From the human T2T-CHM13v2.0 reference genome, Homo sapiens: a stretch of 64,000 bases of DNA. Positions 51,276 through 64,000 of this stretch are shown one piece after another. A program made the translations under genes and the position numbers. A model generated the notes under the pieces. The model was not told the DNA's origin, ran no database searches, and saw nothing but the letters and a program-made list of their open reading frames with translations. The first letter of the stretch is position 1. The number at the start of each line of letters is the position of its first letter. The stretch lies in NCBI RefSeq assembly GCF_009914755.1, contig NC_060939.1. One strand, given 5' to 3'.

Positions 51276-51949
51276 GAAGCCAGAAAAGGGGTACACAAGA
51301 ATGTAGAGTAAAAACTGAGAGGCTGACTTGGGGTTCACTGCCTATGAGTTAGCACTGGTCTGCAAGGAGCAGTACCATTCAATAAAATATTGCTGCCTAT
51401 ACATATATTAAAAAAAAAAACAACGAAAACAGCAAAAAACCTTGAGTCTTCCTCACATCCCTGTCTTCTAGCACTTAATTTCTCTCCCCAGAAGTCACTC
51501 CTGCTATCAATTTGTTCTATATTTGTACTGACAAATTCTGTGCATCTATGAACACATATATTTGTATTTAGTTTAATAATATTTTCATATAATTGTAAAA
51601 TATTGTAGTATCATATACCTACTGTTTTTTTTTCTCTTTTGTTCCCCCAGCTCTCAGTATGGAGATTCCTCCCTTTCACTACCAAAGCAGAACCAACCCA
51701 TTCTTTTACATAACTATTCAATGTTCCTTTGTTTCAAAGTTTTAACATTTGTTTATCATCTTTTGATAGAAAAGTCGGTGGTTTCCTATCTTTTGTTTTC
51801 TTTTACTTTACAAATATCTTGTGAGTACTTACGCTAAATCAGGGATTAGCAAACTACAACCCAGGGGCCAGATCTGGTCCATCATTTGTTTTTGTCTGAC
51901 CTGCAAGTTAAGAATAATTCTTCATTTTTAAATGGTTGAAAAAAGTTTT

Positions 51950-51985
<36 letters not shown>

Positions 51986-53188
51986 AGATAGGGTCTGGCT
52001 CTGTCGTTCAGGTTGGAATGCAATGGCACGATCTTGGCTCACTGCAACCTTTGCCTCCCAGGCTCAAGCAATCCTATTAGCCATCATGCCTGGCTAATTT
52101 TTTATGTTTTGTAGAGATGGCATTTCATCATGTTGCTCAGGCTGGTCTCAAATTCATGAGCTAGAGTGATCTCAAAGTGCTGGGATTACAGGCATGTACC
52201 ACCTCACCCCATACCCCCCACTTTTCACATGTATGAATGTATCTATAGGACAAATTTTTTAAAAGTAAAATTGTTAGGTCAAAGGAAATGTGCATTTTAT
52301 AATTTAATAAATATTACCAAATTGCTCTCCATAGAGGTTGAATCACTTTACACAGTTTGACCAACACTGTATGTTTTCAAACTTTTTGATCTTTGACAAT
52401 ATGATAGATTTAAAAAAAAATGTATAGCACAAGCTATCATTTATGAGACAGAAATTTGAACCCTGATTGAATATTTACAAATATTAAGGAATTATTGTTA
52501 ATTTTTTAGATATAATGATGGTATTTTGGAACACTGAATAGATATTTTGGAAGATATTTTGCTTAGATATGATGATATTTTGGTTATATATTATTGAAAG
52601 ATATAGACTAAAATAATTATTAATGAAATAATACAATGTCTGGGATTTGCTTCAAAATAATAGAATGGGAGTGTGTGTGGGATGGGGTATGGATGAATCA
52701 TGACTATGAGTTTATGATTGTCGAATCTGGGTGATGTGCACTCTACAATTTTCTCTTCTTTTGTATATGTTTGAACCTTTCCAAAAAAAAAAAAAAAAAT
52801 TCACTTCCAAAAAAGGGAGTGACTGAGAGTAATTGGAAACAATGAGTCCAGACAGCTCTCTTAAGGAATTTTGATATTTAAAAAAAGAGGGGAAAAAGGC
52901 CACTAGCTAGCAGGATCAACAGAAAGGTATATTTTAAAAAGAAATTTAATTATTCAAGTATTGCATGTGGGTGGAAAATGCACAGCACAATGAATGATCA
53001 GTAAGTGAACATCCCTAAATATGAAAGAAAAGGTTTACTTATTGGATTTTTTGGTAAACATTTTTGTTGAAGTATAACTTACATATAGTAAAGTGCATAA
53101 ACATTAAGTATACCAAACTTGATGGATTTCAGCAATGAGTTATCCCCATGGAACCAACACCCTAAGTCAAGAATAGAGCTGTAAATCA

Positions 53189-53368
<180 letters not shown>

Positions 53369-53370
53369 TT

Positions 53371-53402
<32 letters not shown>

Positions 53403-54587
53403 ACAGAAAACATTTCCAGAATGCAAGAAGCTTCTTCCTTGTTGCCTTCCAGTCAACCAGTTAATACTCGCTGCAAAAGGTAAACTCTCTTGCCTTCTTT
53501 TGAACTTTCTATCAATGCAATCAGTAAAGTAGTGACTCTTTTGTGTCTGGCTTATTCTGCTCAACATGATGTTTGGACATTCATCATGTTGTTGCATGTA
53601 AAGGGCATTCATTCTCTTTTTGGTGTATAAAAATACGTAATAGTAGAACATTCTGATGTATGAATATAACCACAATTTATCCATTCTACTGCTCATGGAC
53701 ATTTGAGTTTTTCCAGTTTTTGACTATTACCAACAGGGCTGCTATAAACACTCTAGTATATGCTTTTTGGCATACATATGCACTCATTTCTGTTGGGTAT
53801 ATACATAGGAGAAGAATTGCTGGATAATAGAGTATGTATCTTTTTCACTGGTGGGCACCAGTTTTCCAAAGTAGCTGAATCAATTTATATTCCCACCAGC
53901 AATGTATGAGAATTGTTATGATCAGTGTTTTAAAGTTAGACACTCCAGCAAGTGGATATCGGTATCTCCGAGCTGTCTTAATGTGTACTTCCCTGATGAC
54001 TAATAATACTAAACTCTTTTTTAAAAATATGCTTATTGAGCATTTGAATATACTCTTTGGTAAAGTGATTGCACAAGTCTTTTGTTCATTTTCCCCCTTG
54101 GCAGTCATTTTCATAGTGATTTGTAGGAGTTTTTATATATTTTGGATCCGAGTCCTTTGTGAGATACACAACACACACACACGTATAAAATAAATATTTA
54201 CATTATTATATATTATATAAACAAATTGTATATAAAATAAATGTTTTCTCTCAATAGTGTGTATCCTCCATGTTCTTATTCCTTCTCAAGATTGTCTTTG
54301 CTGTTCTTCATCCTTTGTAATTTCCATATAAATTCTACTGAGCTTTTTTACTTCTACCAAAAGAAAAAAAAAAAGGATTTTGAGTGACATTGCATTGAAC
54401 CTAACGAATAATTTGGGAAGAACTGACATTTTTACAATATTGTGTTTTCCAAAGTATAAATGTTATCTATCCCTCTGTTTACTTAGGTCTTTAAAATTTT
54501 AATTTAATCTAATTTTTTTTGAGACAGGGTCCCCCAGGCTGGAGTGCAGTGGTGTGATCCTGGCTCACTGCAACCTCCGCCTCCTGG

Positions 54588-55120
54588 GTAACAGAAAAAC
54601 CTGTTGATCAAGCAAAGTAAGTCTGAGTACTTATTTTAGTACTTACTTTTAAAGTAAGCGGGTAGGGCATAAGTTGTATTAGCCTTACTGCAGAAAGGAA
54701 GAACACTACCTCGATAGAGAATTAGTAGTATGTCAGAGGGAGATTTCAAGAAAGGATGTTTATAGGATTTGGGGGTCTGGGCTCAAATGGTTTAAGATGG
54801 TCTTACAAAGAAAGAAACTGATAGGAATTAAGCACAGTTTGTAATATTTAGGAGAGTTAGGATTAGTAGACACAGAGAAATAAAAGTCTCCATGCAAGCC
54901 TTGATAAATAAACTGTCATATACGTGAGCTTTTTGCCTATTTGAGCAGTCTGTTATCCTGACAGGAGAGTTCTTTGGCCAAATGAGCAAACTGTTTTCCC
55001 CAATATGTTAATTTCTTGAAGCAAACAATAAATGTATTTGTTGGTTTACCACCTTGTCTTCCTGGGCAAGAATTTCCTAGGAGACTTGTGTCATGTTGAC
55101 TCAAGTGGTCTTAGTCCTCA
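54588..55120 (-). mobile_element. MER67-like ERV1 solo LTR
   Basis: Minus strand begins TGAGGACTAAGACCAC..AACATGAC..GGAAATTCTTGCCCAGGAAGA..TTTGCTTCAAGAAATT, resembling the recalled MER67 consensus. Confidence 0.55.
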
Positions 55121-55509
55121 TTCAACAAGACCAACTTCTTAGCCTGAAATCTCCTGTCTCATAAAAGTGGAGACCTATTTTTGCTGTCTGTTCTTTCTAT
55201 ACTGTGACTTTACTGTGGGTAGGGCATAAATCTTATGCTCCTGGATGTGGGTTTGTTTATTTTTACATATTTGTAGCCAAATGTATATTAATTATTATTT
55301 ATAATATTTGCTTTTATTTTTTGCTTTTAAAAACTTAATAGTGCATCACAATAATTTTCCCATTATACAATCTTTATAAAAACTATTTTGATGGTTCTAT
55401 TATTGAGATTGTTGAGGTTATATCATTAGCTAGATTCCAAGAAATTGAATCTCTAAGACAAAAGGTATAAACCTTTCTAGAACCTTCATAAATATTATCA
55501 ATTGCTTTC

Positions 55510-55545
55510 CTACACTTGATCTTAGCCAAAAGGCCAAGAAGCAAT
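55510..55545 (-). pseudogene. 3'-truncated (tailless) U2 snRNA retropseudogene, U2 nt 1-36
   Basis: Minus strand reads ATTGCTTCTTGGCCTTTTGGCTAAGATCAAGTGTAG, the U2 5' end with two CpG transitions. Flanked by TSD CAATTGCTTTC/CAACTGCTTTC. Confidence 0.92.
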
Positions 55546-55873
55546 CAACTGCTTTCCTAAATAATTTTACCAATTTGCACACCTTTCAGCCAAATATGAG
55601 GAGTCCTATTTTACCAACTCTCCATAACACTGGATATTAATATTTTAAAAAATACTTGCTAATTTGCTATTGCAACTGATATCTTATTGTTATATGGATT
55701 TATATTTGTTTGATTCCTAAAAATGTTCAGATTTTTTTCATACACTTGTTTGCTGGTTCTATTAAATTCTTAAATTATTTGTTGTATTTTTCAAAATTGT
55801 ACTCAGGTCATCAGGTGTAGAAAAGTAATTAATTGCACTTCTCACTTCATAGTTTATTTTCCTCACAGGTTAG

Positions 55874-56182
<309 letters not shown>

Positions 56183-56481
56183 TAATCCATCTGCCTTGGC
56201 TTCTCAAAGTGCTGGGATTACAGGCATGAGCCACCGCACCTGGCCCATACATACCCATTCTAAAGCATTTGTTATACATCCTTAAATATGCATGTATCCT
56301 CAGAAAACATGTATTATTATATTGTGTGCATATGCTATTTAATAAATAGAATCTAGTTATAAATTTCATTCTGTTTCTGCACTTCTGCACTTAACCCTAT
56401 GTTTGTGAGGCCTATCAATGGTGTTTTATGCATATCTATTCCATCACTTCTTTCTCCAGCATTGTATTTTCATAGTGTACT

Positions 56482-56915
56482 ATGTATTAGTTGCAGTAAC
56501 ACTAGTTGCTGTAATAAACAAACCCCAAAGCACATAATGCTGAACACAATTGAAGTTTATTTCTTGCTCTTAAAATCCAAAAAATGGGTATTCCTCATTG
56601 GTGTGTGGGTTTCTCCCCAGTGGTGATTTAGAGAACCCGGCTGCATCTATCTTGTGGCTCTGCCTTCTTTAACATGGCTTCCAAGATGGTCGCATCCACC
56701 TGCATTGCATTGGCAGAAGGTGAAAGGCATAAATATCTTGTGTGAGAGGTTTTCATGGGCCTGGAATAGCAACATCATTTCCATTCATATTCTTTGACTA
56801 GACCTCAGTCAAATGGTTGTGCCTAACTGCAATGAAGACTGGAAAATGTAGTCTATTTGTGTGTCTTGGAAGAAAAGGAGATAGACTTGGTGAGCCACTA
56901 ACCAATCTTCCCAGA
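56482..56915. mobile_element. MLT1-type (MaLR) LTR
   Basis: TGTATTAGTT..GCTGTAATAAACAAACCCC..AAGTTTATTTCTTGCTC..CCTAACTGCAA..CTGGAAAATGTAGTC motifs. Confidence 0.6.
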
Positions 56916-57963
56916 GTGAGCATCTATCATATGGTTCTTCTCCATCTGTGATAATGAATACCTAAGTTGCCCTCACTTCCCCACCACTCAGATAAAGCCA
57001 TGAGGAAGGTCTTTGTACCTAAAAACCTTTGTGAGTTCTCTGTGATAAACACTAACATTTGATTTTGCCTATCTAATTTTTACCATTCTGACGTCCAAGT
57101 ATAAAAAGTGGTATCTTGTGATTGCGTTCCTCTGATTACTAATAAATTTGAGTATCTCTTCTATTTTGGGCTTTTGCTTCTGTGAATAGCTTGTTCTTTT
57201 CCTATGCCATTTTTTTCTATAGGGTTTCCTGTGGCATTTTTTTTTCCTACTGATTTGCATGAGTTTTTATATAACCTAGAAGATAATCACTCTTTTGTTT
57301 TAGATATTATAAACAAGTACAGAAAGCACATTCTTCTCAAGTACACATTGAACATTTCCCACAGATACACCACATGCTGAGACATGATCAAACCTCAACA
57401 AATATCAAAGGAATGAAATCCTACAGATTGTGTTCTTCGACTGTGGAATTAAGCCAAACATCTGTCATATGTAGCTAATAATACAATCCCCCACCGCTTT
57501 GAGATTTGATAGGACTTCTAAATAACTTATGAATAAAATGAAAAAAATCACATGAGATTTAGAAAATATTTTGAACTGAATAATAATGAAAACACAACAA
57601 ACCAAAACTTGCAGGATCATTACAACTAAAAGTTCTCAAATGTAAATCTATTGCTTCAAAATTGTTCGGACCATAACTTCATTTGTTCTTGTCTAAATCC
57701 TTTTTTGATTTCCTACATCACCAAACCTAGCAAAATTATAAGGCAGGATAAGAGAAAAACCACTTATGAAAACAAAGATAAGGTGGAAGAACAACAATAT
57801 ATTTTAAACTAAGAAAAAAAAGCAAAGAAAACTGTGGCTTGACATATTTGAAAGGTTTGCATCATCTTGGTATATTATATTTGCTGTGTAAATAAGTATG
57901 TTAGAGAAGCTGATACAATTTCTTAATTTGATTCTTGTAATAAACACATATAATTTTATTTTA

Positions 57964-58706
<743 letters not shown>

Positions 58707-59406
58707 TCAGGAATCTAAAAGAAGAGCAACCAAATTAGGACCAAATAAAGAAAAAGCAAAGAAATAATAAAGAGCAAAAATCTGTGAAATAGAAAAAAAT
58801 TTGCAATATGGAAAATAAATCCAAACATTCATTCTTTGAAAAGGTTAAAAAAACTGATAGGCCAGTCACAGTGGCTCATGCCTGTACTCCTAGCACTTTG
58901 GGAGGCTGAGGTGGGAGGATCGCTTGAGCCAAATCTAAGGCTGCAGTGAACTGTGATCATTTCACTGTATTCAAGCTTGGGTGACAGAGTGAGACCTTGT
59001 ATCCAAAAAAAAAAAAAAAATTGATAAATAGTAGTAAGACTAAGAAAAACAAAGAGAAAATATGAATTATCAGTATCAGGAATGAAAAAAGCAGGCTATA
59101 AAAACAGATGCTACAGATATTAAAATGATAAAAAGATATTATAAAAAATGTGCGCTAATAAATTTGAAAATTTGAAGGAAGTGAATCAATTCTTTGAGAA
59201 GCCCAATTTACCAAAATGAACATAAGTACAAAATGTACATATACCTACATCTACTTTAAAAACTTTAATCCATAATTAGAAACCTTCCCTCAAAGAAAAT
59301 ACTAGAGAAAAAAGGGAAAATATCTCAACTTTCAGGCCAGCATAACTTTAATGTAAAAATATATCAAAGTTATTAAAAAAGGAGAAGTTACAGACTAATG
59401 TCTCTA

Positions 59407-59731
<325 letters not shown>

Positions 59732-62700
59732 CTATCCATTAGTCAGGAAACCTCTTCAGAGCTCTCCTTGTCTGGAAGGCCCCTGACACTAACTCCAGGA
59801 GGCCAGGGCTTGGATCTCAGTTGTACGAACTGGAGCTGGCTACTTAATCTCTTTGTGCCCAGTTTTCTTCGTCTGTAACATGAGACCTTGTTACCTAACT
59901 CACTGGCTCACAAGCTCAAAACAGAGTGAGAACATTCGAACACATTGCCGGGGGAGTGTAAACTGGATGTATTTTCTGGAAAGTAATTTGGCTAGATATA
60001 TTCAGAAATATTCAAATCCTGTGAGCTAGTAATTCCATTACTAGAAATTTATTATTGGCACATAATCAGATATACAGACAAAAATACAAGTAAAGAGGTG
60101 TTCGTGGCACTGTTATTTTAATAGTAATATTTTCGTAAACATCTTGAAAGTCCAACAATCAGGGCATGGCCACCGAAATTATAACACATCTATTCTGATA
60201 AATGCAGCCATTATGAATTGCTGTAGCAGAATATTTCGTAACATTGAAAAATGCCAATGACTTTATGTTAAATGAAAAGAAAAAAAGATATGGAACTCTT
60301 TGTGTGGTATGGCTCCAATTTTGTTTCATGAACTATATATGTCTGTGGACTCAGAAAACAGACTAGTGGGAAATTTACTGAAAATCTTATTGCTGGTGGT
60401 ATAATTCTGTATATATTTAAAATTGACATTTGAAAAGTTGTCCCAGCATTCCTCATAAGCATGTGTTGCTTTGTTAATAAGAGAATCAAATATTTAAAAA
60501 GTAACCCAAATTAAAATTATTTGTGGGAAACCTCTTTGAAAATCATTGTGCTACACGTGAGATGTAAGTGCGTTTCTGGGGCTTTAGAAGCACAGACGGA
60601 TTCCTGTTTAAATCAATACATTTGACTGCAAGGAAGATAAATGGGTGAGTGGGTGGCCATGCTGGGCACGGCTCCTAAGTCAGGCGCTCTGCCTGCCTGC
60701 TCCGCCCCTGCAGCCCAGCAGCGAGAGTCCTGCCAGCCCTAACCCCGTTTGTTTTTCTTCTCCCCCTGGATCCACCACCCACCTCTCCTTCCTCCGGTAG
60801 GTATGAACATGAACGAGTCTGTCTGGTCTTGTCTGCTAAGTGAATCATGCCTCAGAAATGGGAAATGGCCTCAAGGCCAGGGCCTGTCTCCATGGAAGAG
60901 CTGGGACTAGCCTCAAATGTGACATCAGCGTGAGTGCTGAGGGTTTCGCTGCAGCTTCCAGGCTAGATGGCAGGTGTGGGTGTTGCCATGTTTCTGGGCT
61001 TCTGGGCCAGGTCCTGATGGAATGCTAAAGTGATACGACCAGACACAGGTGAGAAGAAGGCTGCTTCTCCTGTGGTATGATTTGAGGGCATCCTTAGGTC
61101 TCTCTGGTGCTGACTCACCCTCCTCCCATCCTGAAATCACCATTATAAAAACTCCTTTGCCAGGGAAGACAACTGAAAGGAGTGGACAAGGAGGCTCCTG
61201 CTGAAATGCATGGGATCACACAGGGCAGCAATATCTCCTAATATTAGCACTGAGGCTCTGGAATCAGTCAAGCTTAGGTTTGGATCCCAACTCCACTACT
61301 GCTTGGGGATGTCCCTTGGTGCCGCTGACATCTGTAAATGATGACAAAAAGCACTTACATATACCAAGCAGATGCCAGGCACAATTCTAAGTGCCCTTCT
61401 ATTAACTCACAACAACCTTATTAGGAAGTTACTCATAATCACATCCATATTACAGAGGAGGAAATTGAGGCATGGGGTGGTGAATTAACTTGCTCAAGGT
61501 CTCACAGGATCAGCACTAGGATGAGTCCACACCCAGTGTGGCTCCTATGCTTTTAATGACCATGTTTGGGAATCTTATTAGTATCAGATGGGATAATAAT
61601 AGAAACCATGACTTATTAGGGGCTTACTCAGTGCCAGGCACTGGACTAAATGCTATATAGGAATTTCCTCATTTGTTCATCCCAGTGCGTGGATGAGGCA
61701 AGGACTATTGTTAGGTGCTAACATCACCCTGGCAGGACAGCCAACTGTATACAAGGCCCTATGTTAAGGGCTGGGCCTTCAGGAGATTGCTATGGCATAA
61801 AGAGTTAAAATGTGTCCATAATAACTGTGATTCATGGTAGAATCATAGGTTGATGGAGCTGGAAGAAAGCTTAAAGGTCATCTGGTTCAGATGCATTTTT
61901 ACTGATGACAAGAACCAGAGTGTGTGTGGGAGGGTGGTGGGAAGGTTTAATCCCACAGGAGTTTTGGGAGAAGATTTAGTGAGATGATAACAGCAGCCAG
62001 CACTTACTGAGTTTGGGTGCTGTGTATGCTTGTATGCTTATCTCATTCAACCCTCCAACCAGATAAGGGTGACATTATTATTATCCCAGTTTCACAGATA
62101 GGGAAACCGAGATGTTGAGAAGTTGAGCAAGTACCTTGCCCAGCGGCACACAGCTAGCAAGTGGTGAAGTTAGGATGCTGCAGGCTGGATTCCAGAGCTC
62201 AGGTGCTGAATTACCATGCTGAATGCCATCCCAGTGATAGAAGGAGGTTAAAAGGCCTGGGAAGAAGCTGGACTAGGTGGATGGGAAAGGCCTTTGGAGA
62301 CTATGAAATCTTGTACAGACACGAGTAATTTTTGGAAAGAGGCAAAGGTCCCAAGAGAGGTATAAAGTGGTATAGACCTCAGGGGCAAAATCAAGGAAGA
62401 TGTCCAGGATGAGATGGCATTTGCTCTGGATGTGGATCTGTGCTCCTGGGGTAGGAGTGAGGGCTGTCCAGACTATGTGTGGGATGGTGGTGGGGTTTCC
62501 TCCAGCCCTTCCCCATTGGCATGGGATGGCTCAGTAAGTTAATTGGCCCCTTAGCCCAAGTGAAGTGACCAGGACCACAGAAAGCTTTGGGCACCTAAAG
62601 CTGGGGTCCTGACTGCAAAGAACATGATGGGTGGGGAGAACTGAGAGGGCACAGAAGGTTGGTAGCAGGTGGGGTGGAGGTGGCCAGACAGCCTGAGTTC

Positions 62701-63364
62701 AAATCCTGATGTTCTCCCACACTCCAGTTATGAGGCCACAGACAAGCTACTCCACAGCTCTCTGCCTTAGTTTCTTCATCTGAAGAATGGGAATGATAAT
62801 AATGGCATGTACTTCAGAAGCTTGTGTAAATATAACATGCTCATCTGTGTGAAATGTTCACTGTGATGCCTGGCACACATATTTCTGTCATTATAAGCCC
62901 AGGATACCGATTGGTACCACTATCCAGAGAAGAATGGGGTTAGAACAAAGCAGACACACGTCTATTTCAACCTACTTTCCTGGTAAACCTAAATCTGGCA
63001 GAGATGAATGGCTTCGCAAAATAACACAGACTAGCCACCCCCTCTCCTCCAGCCTTGGTTTTGTTTTTGCCAATCATTAGATTTGCTTTTCAGGGAAAGG
63101 CAAGGAGAGTGGGAGGCAGAGGAGGCAGAGGCCAGTGGGCTGCCAGTTTTGTGAAACTGGGCTGATAGACTGTCACTGGTTTCTGAGTTATCACTCTTAT
63201 TTCTGACATCATCCTTGTGCAGCTCTGTTGGAATTTCTGAACTCTTGTGAATTAGCCTCCCCAGCCCCTTGTATACCATGGGTTTACTCTCCATTCTTAG
63301 AGGCGGGCACATTCTTGCAGAGAAAATGCAGATGGGGACAAAGTCCTTTCTTGAGCAGGTTAAT

Positions 63365-63449
63365 GGCAAAATAGAAGGATTTTGCCAGGTGGGCAAAATA
63401 GAAGAGTTTTGTAACGTGGGCAAAATAGAAGGATTTTGTCAGGTGGGCA
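63365..63449. repeat. 27-bp tandem repeat, about 3 copies, with internal palindrome
   Basis: Unit GGCAAAATAGAAGGATTTTGCCAGGTG at 63365, 63392 and 63419. Confidence 0.9.
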
Positions 63450-64000
63450 GGAGGGGAATAAGAGGAAAGAGAAACTAGTATGTACTGAGGCACCCCTTCA
63501 TAGGACCAGGCTTGGTGAAGAAGCTGGCATGTTCCCATCACACCAGCCCTGCAAGGAAAAGATTTGACTCCATTGTACAGATGTAGAAACTGGCCCAGAG
63601 CCACAGCTTGTCCATAGATATGGAAATCCCACCCAGATCTATTCAACACTAAGGGTCACCCTCTTCCTCTATAGTACGTGCAAGGGGTATAAGATTAAAA
63701 CAAGTGTCTTTACTGGTGCTTGAAAAATAACATTTTTGCATGCACTTTATCTGAGGAACTTCATTGACTTACAGCTGCAGGCTGGATTGACCTGACTTGG
63801 AAAAAGAACGCTCCATGGAAGGCATGGCAAATTCTGCTCATAGGCCACTATAATGCCTAGGAAGCAAAGTGCGGGGAAAGGTCAGTCCTGCCTTATTTCC
63901 AGGTGGAAGGCTGCAGTTTGTTGTCATCAGCAAATCAATCTCCATCAGGATATAGCTACTTGTAGTTATGTTTTACTATTGCACATTTGCTCAGTGGCTT

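Noticed and set aside
60660-60830. Possible exon or promoter of a neighbouring gene (GC box, pyrimidine tract, AG/GT)
   Set aside because: No CpG island, recognisable ORF or coherent acceptor-donor pair; no second protein-coding gene is supportable in this window.
63365-63449. CRISPR-like palindromic repeat array
   Set aside because: Units are directly adjacent with no unique spacers, and the context is human DNA.

Overview
Human (primate) genomic DNA, very rich in repeats. The minus strand carries coding exons 1-5 of CLN6, the ER-membrane protein mutated in neuronal ceroid lipofuscinosis 6. I placed these exons by GT-AG boundaries and in-frame translation; exons 6-7 lie off the left edge. 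The proximal CpG-island promoter is at about 17.8-18.7 kb. A second CpG-rich region at about 45.3-46.1 kb holds a phase-compatible alternative first coding exon (MAAVAGKERR...) with a strong Kozak context and a GTAAGT donor. That exon and its promoter lie entirely inside an ancient MER45-family (hAT-Tip100) DNA transposon, which is the most interesting observation here. Other content: a full-length old SVA in intron 1, a young AluYb8, a near full-length L1MA nested in an older L1M, an HMGN2 processed pseudogene inserted in MER33, a tailless U2 snRNA fragment, a 1-kb AT microsatellite and a tandemly duplicated Alu. There is also an unexplained inverted duplication upstream of the CLN6 promoter and an apparent Alu-tail/ERV-internal retrocopy. 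Repeat subfamily calls come from recalled consensus sequences and need RepeatMasker/Dfam confirmation. Most ORFs in the supplied track are repeat artefacts.
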